The translations under genes and the position numbers were made by a program. From NCBI GenBank assembly GCA_963806035.1, contig CAWDWO010000011.1, positions 1 through 64,000 on the forward strand: a stretch of DNA of 64,000 nucleotides. The letters are read 5' to 3'. Positions 9,867-19,561 of the stretch are shown piece after piece; position 1 is the stretch's first letter, and the number at the start of each line of letters is the position of its first letter. This stretch comes from Candidatus Krumholzibacteriota bacterium (lineage in GTDB: Bacteria; Krumholzibacteriota; Krumholzibacteriia; JAJRXK01). The notes below the pieces were generated by a model. It ran no database searches, was not told the DNA's origin, and worked only from the letters and a program-made list of their open reading frames with translations.

Positions 9867-11285
9867 TCAGCGTAGGTGGAGACCGTGGCGCTTGAGGCGG
9901 CGCCAGAGGGTGGTGCGGTGGATTCCCAGCTTCTGCGCGGCCCGTCCCAGCTTTCCATCGGCTTCCTCCAGAGCGCGCAGAAGTTCGGCCTGGGAGGCCG
10001 AAAGTGTATTGGGATCGGGCGTGCTCCCGCCCGGGTGTGCTCCGCTGGTGTGCCGAAGAATCTCCGGAGGCAGATGCTGCGGGCGGATGAGGCGCCCCTT
10101 GGACACGACCAGAGCCCGCTGTACCGCATTCTCCAGCTGCCGCACGTTTCCCTCCCAGCGATAGGCCATGAGAAGGGAGAGAGCCTCGGAATCGAAGCTC
10201 ATGCGGCCGCGGCCCATGGCCTCCGCGTGCCGGCGCAGCAGATGCTCGGCCAGGGCCGGAATGTCCTCGCGCCGTTCCCGCAGGGCCGGGACGTGCAAGT
10301 GCACCACGTTCAGCCGGTAGTAGAGGTCCTCGCGAAAGCTACCCTCGCTCACCATCTGCTGCAGGTCGGCGTTGGTGGCGGCGATCACTCGAACGTCGAC
10401 CTCTTGCGTGCGGTCCTCCCCCACGCGTTCGAATTGCCGCTCCTGAAGCACGCGAAGCAGCCGCTTCTGAACTTCGAGACTCACCGCTCCCACTTCGTCC
10501 AGAAAGATGGTGCCGCGATGGGCGGCCTCGAAACGACCCTTGCGGTCGCGGATCGCGCCGGTGAAGGCGCCGCGCACATGACCGAAGAGTTCGCTCTCGA
10601 GCAGCGTTTCACTGAGTGCCGCGCAGTTCACCCGTACGAAGGGGCGCTCCCTACGATGACTGCGGGCATGAATGGCCGAGGCAACGACTTCCTTGCCGGT
10701 CCCGCTCTCCCCGGTGATGAGAACGCTCACGTCGTTGTCGGCGAGTTGTTCGATGAGCCGATAGATTTCCAGCATACGTACGTTGCGGCCCACGAGACCC
10801 TCTGGCCCCGACGCCAAGCGCAACTCGTCCTCCAACGACCGCATGCGCGTCACGTCGTGCAGCACCACCACGGCACCCCCCACCTCACCCTCGGTATCCA
10901 GCAGAGGCGCCGCCTGCAGCGTCGCCACCAGCGCACCTCCAGTCACGGGACGAATCTCCACGTCTTCCCGGCGAATTCTCTCGCCCTTCAGCGTCCGGCC
11001 GAGCAGTTCTTCGAGGGCGCCCCCCTTGACACGAAACAGCTCGGCGATGGCACAGGTGGGCCGCAAGTCCTCTGGACAGCGGACCATTTCCTTGAAGGAC
11101 TCGTTGGCGTTCGTGACTCGAAGCTGGGTGTCGATGGTGAAGATGCCGTCGGCGACACTGTCGAAGATCGCGCGCATGTTGTCGCGCTGGGCCACGCAGA
11201 GGGAAAGAGATTCGTCATCGGGACGCCGCTCGGACGAATCGCGGGACGCCGCCTCCGCGGCCGGATCACTCTCCCGCTGTCTCAC
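9867..11285 (-). CDS. PAS-domain sigma-54-dependent transcriptional activator (AAA+, Fis HTH)
   Basis: PAS (AIFDSVADGIFTID), GESGTGKE, ESELFGHVRGAFTGA, FREDLYYRLNV, WEGNVRQLEN, AAQKLGIHRTTLWRRLK. Confidence 0.95.
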   Translation of the reverse strand: MRQRESDPAAEAASRDSSERRPDDESLSLCVAQRDNMRAIFDSVADGIFTIDTQLRVTNANESFKEMVRCPEDLRPTCAIAELFRVKGGALEELLGRTLKGERIRREDVEIRPVTGGALVATLQAAPLLDTEGEVGGAVVVLHDVTRMRSLEDELRLASGPEGLVGRNVRMLEIYRLIEQLADNDVSVLITGESGTGKEVVASAIHARSHRRERPFVRVNCAALSETLLESELFGHVRGAFTGAIRDRKGRFEAAHRGTIFLDEVGAVSLEVQKRLLRVLQERQFERVGEDRTQEVDVRVIAATNADLQQMVSEGSFREDLYYRLNVVHLHVPALRERREDIPALAEHLLRRHAEAMGRGRMSFDSEALSLLMAYRWEGNVRQLENAVQRALVVSKGRLIRPQHLPPEILRHTSGAHPGGSTPDPNTLSASQAELLRALEEADGKLGRAAQKLGIHRTTLWRRLKRHGLHLR

Positions 11286-12223
11286 TGTCCTCTCTCCGAA
11301 ACCGGATGGAGGCGATAGGTCATCGTCACTTCCTTGCCCACCATCTGCTCCGAGCCCCGAATCGCGGACTCCTTCCAGCTCACCTTCGTGGTCTCATAGA
11401 GCACGTGCCCCGTTAGGGGATCGATGATTCGCGCCGTGGAGCCCTTGAGTTCGGAAATGTCGGAGTTGCTCGCAGTGTACTCGGCCGGTCTCAGGTCCAG
11501 CTCGCGCGTGGCATCTTTACTGGTGGGTACGTTGCTGCCGCTCGCGAAGTCCAGCTGGATTTTGTAAGCCCTGCGCCCCTCGTAGTCGATGTATCCTCCG
11601 AAATGCATCGTCCCCCGCAGCTCCAGGTAGCCCATGGGTGTGGGAAAGAGACTCTGATAATTCCAGTTTTCGCCGTCTTTCACCTCGCTGCCGATCAGCC
11701 CGGCGCGTCGCAGATTCCAGCGGCGGATCTCGTTGTCGCGAGCTCCCTCCAGCGAAAACGTGCTCTGGTACTTCGCCCAGACATCGGGACTCAGCGAACG
11801 CTCGAGCTTGCGTACGAGCCGCCGGTATCCTTTGACCGAGGTGGCCCTGCCTCGGGCATCGCAGCTCAACTCCACGCGGGCCCCCCTGGAGAGCTTCAGA
11901 ATTGGATTGTCGAAGGGATGATCGTTGATGACGGACGAAGCCGGGCCCATGACCCGGGTGATTCGCCAGCCCTCCCCCTGCCGATCGAAAAGCAAGGTGT
12001 CCGATTCGGTGGTCTGCTCGGTCCGGACCGCCAAGTCACCGCCGGGGTCGGAGATTCGGGTATCCACCAGATCCTCGACCCAGACTTCTCCGTCCTTGGG
12101 TGCGAAATGAAAGTGGACGGTCCCGCTGTCAGCCGGCGCCGCCACGGTGTCGGCGTGGACCGGCAGCGGAACGGTGAGGCCAAGGAGGAGCAGGAGGGAG
12201 GGAAGAATACGTCGCATGTCCAT
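11282..12223 (-). CDS. Secreted hypothetical protein
   Basis: Signal peptide MRRILPSLLLLLGLTVPLPVHA after AAGGA; stop overlaps the activator start (GTGA). Confidence 0.7.
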   Translation of the reverse strand: MDMRRILPSLLLLLGLTVPLPVHADTVAAPADSGTVHFHFAPKDGEVWVEDLVDTRISDPGGDLAVRTEQTTESDTLLFDRQGEGWRITRVMGPASSVINDHPFDNPILKLSRGARVELSCDARGRATSVKGYRRLVRKLERSLSPDVWAKYQSTFSLEGARDNEIRRWNLRRAGLIGSEVKDGENWNYQSLFPTPMGYLELRGTMHFGGYIDYEGRRAYKIQLDFASGSNVPTSKDATRELDLRPAEYTASNSDISELKGSTARIIDPLTGHVLYETTKVSWKESAIRGSEQMVGKEVTMTYRLHPVSERGQ

Positions 12224-12317
12224 CGAGATCCTTTCCAGTCCAAGGGGCCCAGAATTCGGCGGAATGGGCAACCCAGGGCGTGTGAAGGATACAGGCGGGA
12301 CGGGTTCTTCGCGAGAA

Positions 12318-12356
12318 ACGAAACGGCCCCCGGGAGGTGAACGGGGGCCGTTTCGT
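12318..12356. terminator. Perfect 15-bp inverted repeat, probable terminator of the SPFH/zinc-ribbon operon
   Basis: ACGAAACGGCCCCCG / CGGGGGCCGTTTCGT with a 9-nt loop, ~80 nt past the 12435 stop. Confidence 0.65.
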
Positions 12357-12434
12357 GTGCATGAAGAACCTGACTCTCGCGCCAGCGCAGTGATTCTTCT
12401 ACGCCGGCTCCCTCCACGAGTTCCCGGCATTTTT

Positions 12435-13103
12435 TCAGGCGGGAGAGTCCACGAGTTCGCGGTGGAAACGCCCTCTCGCATCGATCGGCTCGAGGCTCCG
12501 CTGCAGGGCGGAATCGACCGTCAGTCCGAAAACGAGATCCATGAGTCCCCCGCGGACCTCTTGCAGGGGAAGGTCGACCAGGCGGATCGCCCCGAAGCTG
12601 GGCTGCCACGACGCAATCTGATCGTCCGCCGGCCAGCCTTCGACCTGGCCCAGGGCCACGATTTCCGCCACGGCAAACGCTTCCTCCACTTCCAATTCAC
12701 CCTGAGGCGGGCGCGGAATGGGCCGTTCCTGCGCGGCCGGGAATTCCTCCAGCGAGTGCTCGCTCCTGCTCAGGCGGCGTGCGGAATCCACCAGGCGTCC
12801 GAACGCGGCGCGGCCCACGGCCGGAATCCGCAATTCTGGCGGGAGCTTGGGACAGCTCTCGCGCTCCTGGAGAGGAATCACCCACAGTGGAAGCAGCAGG
12901 ATGCGCCCCTGGGCGGGAAGATCCAACCGGGGCCGGAGCAGCCGGCGCGGCGGAACCCACAGGGATGAGGAACTCCCCGGGCTGTTGTTCGGGGCGAGCG
13001 GAGTACTGGTGGTGGAGCAGGCCTCGCACACGTAGATCCGAATCGAGGCAGAAGCGGAAAGCGGAGCCCCACAGCCGGGACAGCTCAGATCGATGAATGG
13101 CAT
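12435..13103 (-). CDS. Zinc-ribbon hypothetical protein
   Basis: MPFIDLSCPGCGAPL...VCEAC after GAGG; has the LPLW motif also seen in its neighbours. Confidence 0.7.
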   Translation of the reverse strand: MPFIDLSCPGCGAPLSASASIRIYVCEACSTTSTPLAPNNSPGSSSSLWVPPRRLLRPRLDLPAQGRILLLPLWVIPLQERESCPKLPPELRIPAVGRAAFGRLVDSARRLSRSEHSLEEFPAAQERPIPRPPQGELEVEEAFAVAEIVALGQVEGWPADDQIASWQPSFGAIRLVDLPLQEVRGGLMDLVFGLTVDSALQRSLEPIDARGRFHRELVDSPA

Positions 13104-13117
13104 GGTGGTCTCCCCTC

Positions 13118-14104
13118 TCAGTCGGCGAAGTTTTTGATGGTGATTCTCTTGCCGCCCACTTGCCGGCGCAGCCAAGCTCCCAACTCGCCGCGCCGTCCCG
13201 ACACGCTGTCGTGAGTGAGGCGCCAGAGAACCCAACCCGCCGTTCCCGCCGCGGCCAGGGTGGGATTGACCCCGGCCGCCAGGCCGGAAAGCCCGCCACT
13301 GCCAATCCACAGAGAGAGTCGGTCGCCCTCCCTCTGCGGATAGGTGCCCCGCAGAACTTGGGGCCGAAGACCGTCCACCACCGCTTCCATGGCCAGGCCG
13401 TGGGCGCGATAGCGCAGGCGCCAGACCGGGTAGTAGATGAGACGCATCCGCGGACGCACCAGGAGTATTCTCTGCACACAGTGACGCGCGCGTTTGGGTG
13501 TCGCCCGCGCCGCGTGATAGAGCCGCGCTCGGCGAAGGATCACCGAGCGCGAGCGCAACACGGCACACACGGTTTCGCCCGGATCTACCGCATCCATGTC
13601 GAAGGGTCTGAGGCTGAGGCGCTGAGTTCGACCCGCTACCCCAAGGAGCCCGAAATCCCTCAGGTCACAGGCCGGTGTGGAGTAAATGACGTTCTGACCG
13701 AAGCTCTCCTCCTCCATCTCCTCGTCGACGGCCAGGCCCTCGGGCAGGGGATGGATCTTGTCGGGACTTGGCGCCCGCCTCTTTCGATAGCGCTGCCAAC
13801 CCACCAGTTTGGCTTCCAGATACCAAAAGGGCAGATGGTAGCGGTGCGCTTCCTCGACCGCGTGTCCGCGTACGCCCACCTCCAAGAGCGCATCGCGCAG
13901 GGCTCGCAGCGCGCGGCGGCGCCCCAACCTACCAGTGGGCGCGAAGGAGGCGATGCCTTCGTCGTCCCAATCGAGAAAATTGTGACCGCAGTATCCGCAG
14001 CGCATCGCTTCCTGATCACCATCGGTCATTTCCAGCATGCCGGCGCAACGCGGACACGAAAGCCCGCGAATCCGCAGCGAGGGCGGCTGTGGTCTCACGA
14101 TCAT
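13118..14104 (-). CDS. Zinc-ribbon membrane protein (YdjG-like)
   Basis: CPRC...CGYC, YHLPFW and YYPVW...VVDG motifs, C-terminal hydrophobic segment; ATGA overlap with the upstream gene. Confidence 0.7.
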   Translation of the reverse strand: MIVRPQPPSLRIRGLSCPRCAGMLEMTDGDQEAMRCGYCGHNFLDWDDEGIASFAPTGRLGRRRALRALRDALLEVGVRGHAVEEAHRYHLPFWYLEAKLVGWQRYRKRRAPSPDKIHPLPEGLAVDEEMEEESFGQNVIYSTPACDLRDFGLLGVAGRTQRLSLRPFDMDAVDPGETVCAVLRSRSVILRRARLYHAARATPKRARHCVQRILLVRPRMRLIYYPVWRLRYRAHGLAMEAVVDGLRPQVLRGTYPQREGDRLSLWIGSGGLSGLAAGVNPTLAAAGTAGWVLWRLTHDSVSGRRGELGAWLRRQVGGKRITIKNFAD

Positions 14105-14874
14105 CTCTCCTTCCCCCAGGCAGGAAGAAGCGATCGAAAGAGCAGCCAACTGCCCGCCGAACAGGCGAGGAGGAGCACGATCCGCGTGCCCCATTCGTGG
14201 CTCAGCGCGCCCACCGCCAGACAGAGGAGAAAGAAACCGGCGAGTCCCAAGGCCAGCTCCATGCGCAGCGATTCGTCGCCGGCCGCAGCCGGCAGCGAAC
14301 CGAGCAGAACTCTGTCGGCTCCGTCGAGATAAAATCCCCGATGTACCGTTCCGCTCTGAAACGAGAGACGCACCGGCACCAGGGAGAGCCAGATCAGCCG
14401 CACCGTTTGCAGAGTGGAATCGGGTTCCTGAAAACTCGCCAGAGCAGTCTCCTCCGCCTGCTCGCGCGAGATTTCCAAGGCGGAGGAAGCAATGACGCTA
14501 CCCGCGGCGCGGGGATCGTCTCGAGCTACGAGCTGCAGGGCGGGAGCCTGCATACCGCTGATCGCTGCTTCGTCGAGCAGCGCGGCGGGTAAGAGCAGCT
14601 CCTCCCCCTGCTGGGAGACCAACTGCCAGAGGGGCAAGGAAATTCTCTCTTCCAATTGCAGCGCGCGACAAGAAAGACCGCGCTGCCGCAGGTGACGCAG
14701 CACGGATTCCTTGATGCGTGAACTGCTCGTCGTCGTGGGACAGACTAGCTCTTCCGAGCCCGCGGAACCCTGAAGGTAGTTCCAACCTCGACAGTAGTCG
14801 CAGCGGAAGCGCTCATCGGCCGCGACCACGCGATGGGGTGCCCCACAGTGGTTGCAGCGGACCAGAACCGCCAT
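14101..14874 (-). CDS. Zinc-ribbon protein with C-terminal membrane helices
   Basis: CNHCGAP...CDYC, LPLW, two C-terminal hydrophobic helices; AAGGA upstream. Confidence 0.7.
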   Translation of the reverse strand: MAVLVRCNHCGAPHRVVAADERFRCDYCRGWNYLQGSAGSEELVCPTTTSSSRIKESVLRHLRQRGLSCRALQLEERISLPLWQLVSQQGEELLLPAALLDEAAISGMQAPALQLVARDDPRAAGSVIASSALEISREQAEETALASFQEPDSTLQTVRLIWLSLVPVRLSFQSGTVHRGFYLDGADRVLLGSLPAAAGDESLRMELALGLAGFFLLCLAVGALSHEWGTRIVLLLACSAGSWLLFRSLLPAWGKER

Positions 14875-14878
14875 GACG

Positions 14879-15943
14879 CTATTCCTTTTCCGATGGGCCC
14901 GGCCCTTCGGGCTCGACTGCCGTGCCACAGGAGGGACAGAAGCTCGCTCCCGGCGGCAGTTCCTGCTGACAATTGCTGCAGGAAGTTTCGTGTTCGCTCT
15001 TTGCTTGCAGCGGCTTGCCGCAGGAAGAGCAGTAACGCGAGGGAGCGACACTGGCATGGCAAGAAGGACAGATTACGGCTGCCTCAGCGGTGGCGGCAGG
15101 GAAGCCGGAGCCGGCGAGCATACCCGGAACCAGCATACCCAGTCCGAGGCCCATGCTCGCGTCCATGCTCGGCGACCCCCCCTGAGAGTCGCCGGGGCCC
15201 CTTCGGATCGCCTTCGCGAGTTGGTACTGCATGTAGCGCGGCATGTCGTTCACCAGAGCGAGACCGCCCTGCGTGTCCACCATGCTCGCCACCTCTTCGG
15301 GCGGAGTGATCGCGGTGATGAAGAAATCCACCAACTCCAGCCCGTACTTGTCGAAGTCGTCCTTGAGTTTCTCCTTGAGCGCGAGACCTGTCTCGTCGTA
15401 GAGCGCAGGCAGATCGAACACGCTGCTCAAGTTCTCGCCCAGGTAATCGTTGAGACGCGCGACGATGACATCGCGCAAATAGTCGGTGGCGTCGTGCGCG
15501 GTATAGCTGCCCTGGGTACCCACGAGCTTGTGGATGAAGGGTTCCGGTTCCGCGATGCGAAAAGTCGTCTGTCCGTAAGCTCGTAGGCGCACGCTGCCCA
15601 GGCGACGGTCTTGAAAGATCACCGGCTCGCGCGTGCCCCACTTCAAATCGGTGAAGGTCTTCTCGTTCAGAAAGTAGACTTCACAACGGAAGGGGCTGGT
15701 GAATCCCCAGGGAAGACTGAGCGCTTTGGTGATGAGAGGAAGGTTCTTGGAACTCAGCGTGTGACGGCCGGGACCGAAGACATCTCGGACCTTACCCCCG
15801 CTGAAGAACACAGCGCGCTGACTTTCCCGAACGATGAGTTGGGCGCCGAACTTGATGTCCGCCGATCCTTCGGGGGGAAGGCGGTGGGCCATCTCGTGGC
15901 CGGTCTCATCGAACCATTCCAGGACTTCCAGAAAGATCCCCAT
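14879..15943 (-). CDS. SPFH/Band-7 domain protein (YdjI-like) with C-terminal double zinc ribbon
   Basis: QLIVRESQRAVF, FGPGRHTL, SPFRCEVYF, KWGTREP, LRAYG, ITPPEEV; four CxxC pairs at the C-terminus. Confidence 0.88.
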   Translation of the reverse strand: MGIFLEVLEWFDETGHEMAHRLPPEGSADIKFGAQLIVRESQRAVFFSGGKVRDVFGPGRHTLSSKNLPLITKALSLPWGFTSPFRCEVYFLNEKTFTDLKWGTREPVIFQDRRLGSVRLRAYGQTTFRIAEPEPFIHKLVGTQGSYTAHDATDYLRDVIVARLNDYLGENLSSVFDLPALYDETGLALKEKLKDDFDKYGLELVDFFITAITPPEEVASMVDTQGGLALVNDMPRYMQYQLAKAIRRGPGDSQGGSPSMDASMGLGLGMLVPGMLAGSGFPAATAEAAVICPSCHASVAPSRYCSSCGKPLQAKSEHETSCSNCQQELPPGASFCPSCGTAVEPEGPGPSEKE

Positions 15944-16029
15944 GACTTCTCCAAACGGCGGTCCCCCCAAGGGCCCCCTCCCTGTGGGCACGGCGGCACT
16001 GGGGCCCTTTGGCCCCTGGCTTTCGAGAA

Positions 16030-16045
16030 TGCAAGGGATATGCCC
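16030..16045 (-). promoter_or_regulatory. sigma-54 (-24/-12) promoter of the SPFH operon
   Basis: Minus strand GGGCATATCCCTTGCA, GG-N10-GC, ~87 nt before the ATG. Confidence 0.65.
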
Positions 16046-16057
16046 GCGGGCGGAGAC

Positions 16058-16085
16058 CGGCGGCGGGAAACGAGCCCCGCCGCCG
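16058..16085 (-). terminator. GC-rich hairpin just after the lipoprotein stop
   Basis: CGGCGGCGGG / CCCGCCGCCG 10-bp stem; weak U-tract. Confidence 0.45.
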
Positions 16086-16089
16086 CCAT

Positions 16090-17439
16090 TTAGGAATTAC
16101 AGGGATCGGCGGAGTTGGAAAAGTCGATGGCTGCGCCCCTGAAGCCGCTCAAATCGGTCTCTCTGGCCCAGGTAGTCTGATTCAGCCGGCCCTCGAAGGT
16201 GGCATCGCGGATCGCCTCCTCGTTCTGGGGCGAGGGCAAGCCCCAATAGCAATCGGTCATGGGGAGTACGCCGGCCGGTGCCTTATTATTGTCCTGGAAC
16301 GATACGTTTTTGCCGTCCCCACTGGCGGGGATGAGGTTGGAGCATCCCATGTCCACCGTGGCGTTGCCGTCCAGCACCAGATTGCCGCCCTCGTTGTTAT
16401 CCAGCTCGCAGCGATCCAAACTCGCGCTGGTGGTGACGAGATCCTGCTTGCTCGAGAGAAAGACCCCCGCTCCCTTGGAGTTCCTCACGGAGACTTCGTC
16501 CAGAATGACCTCGCCCTGATTGATGAAGATACCGTTCCCGGCGCAGTCGCGGATCTCCACGCGGCGCAGGGCACTGGTCTGTGCTCCGCCCGCATCGGTG
16601 AGCCCCTGGTAGCCCACCTGGCAGGAGAGGAATCTGCCGTCCTCGATCAGGCAGCTGCCGTCGCCCTGCTTGAGGACTCCCACCGATGCCTGGGAAACGC
16701 GGAAGAAACGCAGCTCCAGCTCGCCCTGGGCCTTGAGTTCGATGCCACCCTGTGTGATGTCGTTGGGAGCACCGTTTGCATTGCCCTCGAAGATCACCGG
16801 CGAGTTCTGCGTGCCCACCGCGTGCAAGCTCCCCTGCACGGTGATCTTCGACACCACGAGAGTGCTGGTGCCGGCAAGATGCTCGCGCAACTGAAGATCG
16901 ACCCCGGGTTCCACCGTCAGAGTCGATCCCGCGGGAACCGTGACGTCCTGGGTGAGAACGTAGGGGGACCCCGCCGCCGCCCAGGTCACGTCGCCCGCAA
17001 TCGTGGGATCGAGTTTCGTGCCCACCGTCATGCTCACGACGCGCGAAACGCTGGTCGTTCCGTCGCTCACCGTCACCCTGGCCTGATAGCTGCCCGGAGT
17101 CGTTCCCACGCTGAGCACCACGTTGTTCTTGGTTGGATGGTCGAAGCTGCCGCCCGGAGCTGTCACCCAATCCCAGTCGAAGCTCAGCGAATCTCCGTCG
17201 GCGTCCCGCGCGACCACATACATGTCCAGAAGATCGCCGGCCACGTATAGGGAATGTTGATTGTTCCACTGCACCTCGGAAACTTCGGGGGGACGGTTGA
17301 AGATGCTTCCCGGATCCGTTCCACCGTCGCTGCTGCCCTTGCTACAGGAGAGCAAGCCCTGCGCGAGGAGCGCGATGAGGAGGACGAGAGAGAGACGCGG
17401 GAAGCGAGAGTGCGAGAGGGCGGCAAGGGATCGGCGCAT
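16090..17439 (-). CDS. Lipoprotein with an Ig/PKD-like domain and a right-handed parallel beta-helix
   Basis: Lipobox LLSC; NRPP...DADGDSLSFDW...VTVSDG; GSPY...VPAGSTLTVEPGV; CYWG. Confidence 0.75.
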   Translation of the reverse strand: MRRSLAALSHSRFPRLSLVLLIALLAQGLLSCSKGSSDGGTDPGSIFNRPPEVSEVQWNNQHSLYVAGDLLDMYVVARDADGDSLSFDWDWVTAPGGSFDHPTKNNVVLSVGTTPGSYQARVTVSDGTTSVSRVVSMTVGTKLDPTIAGDVTWAAAGSPYVLTQDVTVPAGSTLTVEPGVDLQLREHLAGTSTLVVSKITVQGSLHAVGTQNSPVIFEGNANGAPNDITQGGIELKAQGELELRFFRVSQASVGVLKQGDGSCLIEDGRFLSCQVGYQGLTDAGGAQTSALRRVEIRDCAGNGIFINQGEVILDEVSVRNSKGAGVFLSSKQDLVTTSASLDRCELDNNEGGNLVLDGNATVDMGCSNLIPASGDGKNVSFQDNNKAPAGVLPMTDCYWGLPSPQNEEAIRDATFEGRLNQTTWARETDLSGFRGAAIDFSNSADPCNS

Positions 17440-17520
17440 GGATGACTACTCCGGAATCGAGGGAAGGACGAATTGAGAGCGCTCCTCAAGATCGGGACTT
17501 CGAGTCCTGATGGTCAAGTC

Positions 17521-18759
17521 TCAGGCCGAGTGTAGCGGATCCAAACGCAGGATCTCCACGACTTCGCCCGTGGCAAAGGCCACCTTATCGTCGTTGAACC
17601 AGGCCAGAGCATCCGCTTCGGCCAGGCTGCGAAAATCTCCCGATCCGTGATGCGCGGTGGAGAGGACCCGCGGGAGATCTTCTTTAGAACTCTCCTCAAG
17701 AGCTACTGGTAAGTAATTAGGGCGATTACCCTTACGAGTAAAGTCAAAACCCAAACGCCCCCAGGCGCGCGGCGGCGTCGATTTCGGGTAACCCAGGCGC
17801 CGGCGCAAGCCGGCGCTGAACACCGCGCGCAAGCCCGTGAAGACCGCGACCGGATTGCCGGGCAGGGCGAAGACCATGCCGCCGCGATGGGTGCCGAAAA
17901 CGGCCGGATGCCCCGGTTTGAGATGAAGACTGGTGAAGTGCAAGTTCACCCCCAGCTCCGCGAGAACCGGCTTCACGAGATCCTTCTCGCCCTTGCTCAC
18001 GCCTCCGCTGAGCACCAGCAACTCGTAGCGCGCCAAGGCCTCCTGCAGGGCCTCCTTCAGGCCCGTTCTTTCGTCGGCGAGCGAGCCCAGTTCCGTGCAG
18101 GGGATCCCCCACTCCGACAAACATGCACGCACGCAGGCATTGTTGCTCTCGCGAATCTGTCCCGGTCCGGGCTTCTCTTCGATCGCTACCAACTCGTCCC
18201 CGGTCGAGGCCACTGCTGCCAGCGGCGGCGCCACCACCGGCACCATCGCATGCCCGGCCGAAGCCAGGGTCTGGACGTGACGGCTGGTGAGGTGCGTTCC
18301 CGCCCTCAAGATGAGCGCTCCGCTTCGGGAGTCCTCTCCGCGACGCGCGATGTTGGCCCCGGCCGATGGCGCGAGGAAGATCGTGGCCCGCTCCTCGTCG
18401 AATCCGGCGGTCTCCTCCACGGGTACCACCGCATCCGCGCCCTCGGGCAAAACCGCTCCGGTCATGGCCTTCACGACTTGCCCCGCGGAGAGTTTGCCCG
18501 CGAAGGGCGCACCCGCCAGGGCGCTGCCAACGACCTCGAGGCTCAACGGCCTTTCGCGGGTGGCGGAGCGCAGATCTTCGGCCCGCACTGCATAGCCGTC
18601 CATGGTGATGCGGTCGAAGGGCGGGAAATCCAGATCACTCGTGAGATCTTCCGCGAGCACGCTTCCCAGACATTCGGCGAGAGGAAGGCGCCGCGTGGGA
18701 CCCCTTTGCAGGGTGTCCCAGAGAAGGCGACGGGCTTCTTCCACGCGCAGGGAATTCAT
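17521..18759 (-). CDS. moeA: Molybdopterin molybdotransferase
   Basis: PPFDRITMDGYAV, MTGAVLPEGADAVVPVE, STGDEL, SGGVSKG, KPGHP, LPGNP. Confidence 0.95.
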   Translation of the reverse strand: MNSLRVEEARRLLWDTLQRGPTRRLPLAECLGSVLAEDLTSDLDFPPFDRITMDGYAVRAEDLRSATRERPLSLEVVGSALAGAPFAGKLSAGQVVKAMTGAVLPEGADAVVPVEETAGFDEERATIFLAPSAGANIARRGEDSRSGALILRAGTHLTSRHVQTLASAGHAMVPVVAPPLAAVASTGDELVAIEEKPGPGQIRESNNACVRACLSEWGIPCTELGSLADERTGLKEALQEALARYELLVLSGGVSKGEKDLVKPVLAELGVNLHFTSLHLKPGHPAVFGTHRGGMVFALPGNPVAVFTGLRAVFSAGLRRRLGYPKSTPPRAWGRLGFDFTRKGNRPNYLPVALEESSKEDLPRVLSTAHHGSGDFRSLAEADALAWFNDDKVAFATGEVVEILRLDPLHSA

Positions 18760-18769
18760 CTGTTGATTC

Positions 18770-19561
18770 CTAAGCAAGCATCAGTACGAGCGCAACGCCC
18801 AGACACAGGGCCCACAGGTAGTAGGCGAAACGTCCCAGGGACATGTTTTGCACCAGGCGCACCAGCCAGCTCAAGCAGAGCAGTCCCACGACGAACGCCA
18901 CCAGCATGGCGGGAAGCAAGGAAGACCAGGGACTGTGGACCCCCTGGTACTGCAGAAGCTGGAGCAAGGTCGCCCCCAGGATGGCGGGAATGGAGAGCAA
19001 GAAACTGAAGCGGGCGCTCTCCTTGGGAGCCAATCCCAAGTACAGACCCGCCACGATCGTCCACCCGCTGCGCGAGAAGCCGGGGAGAATCGCCAGGGCC
19101 TGGGCACAGCCCACCAGGAAGGCGATGCGCGCGTTCAGGGGAATTGCCCGCCGTGGAATCCGGTCGCTCAGTTTCAAGAGAAGACCGGTGACCGCCAAGG
19201 TGATCAGAACGAAGCCAACATGGCCGAACGCGCTCTCCACCCGATCCGCGAACAGAACTCCCGCGATCCCGGCGGGCACGCTGCCCCAAAGGATGAAGCC
19301 GATGTAGCGCCGCGACTCTTGCCCGGCGGCGCTGCGCGCGAACAGGCCTTGCAGTAGGGCCTTCAGGTCTTTGCGGTAGAACACCACCACCGCGCCCAAG
19401 GTCCCCAGATGCAGCATCACGTCCTCGAAGATTCCTCCGGCGTGAATCGAGGGCAAGAGTTGTACGAGCGCGAGATGACCGCTGCTACTCACGGGAAGAA
19501 ACTCCGTGGCTCCCTGTATGAGCGCGAGCAGGAGCAAAGGCAGATTGATGAATTCAAGCAC
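18770..19561 (-). CDS. uppP: Undecaprenyl-diphosphate phosphatase (BacA)
   Basis: IQGATEFLPVSSSGH, AILPGFSRSG, ARFSFLLSIPAI; GTG start after GGAGG. Confidence 0.95.
   Translation of the reverse strand: MLEFINLPLLLLALIQGATEFLPVSSSGHLALVQLLPSIHAGGIFEDVMLHLGTLGAVVVFYRKDLKALLQGLFARSAAGQESRRYIGFILWGSVPAGIAGVLFADRVESAFGHVGFVLITLAVTGLLLKLSDRIPRRAIPLNARIAFLVGCAQALAILPGFSRSGWTIVAGLYLGLAPKESARFSFLLSIPAILGATLLQLLQYQGVHSPWSSLLPAMLVAFVVGLLCLSWLVRLVQNMSLGRFAYYLWALCLGVALVLMLA

Noticed and set aside
14879..15943. Viral origin of the SPFH gene (family sometimes labelled 'virion core protein')
   Set aside because: That label is an annotation legacy for YdjI-like proteins; no phage genes, integrase or compositional shift are present.
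15967..16012. Hairpin (CCAAGGGCCCC / GGGGCCCTTTGG) in the SPFH leader as a riboswitch
   Set aside because: A single GC-rich stem with no recognisable aptamer consensus; not distinguishable from chance at this GC content.
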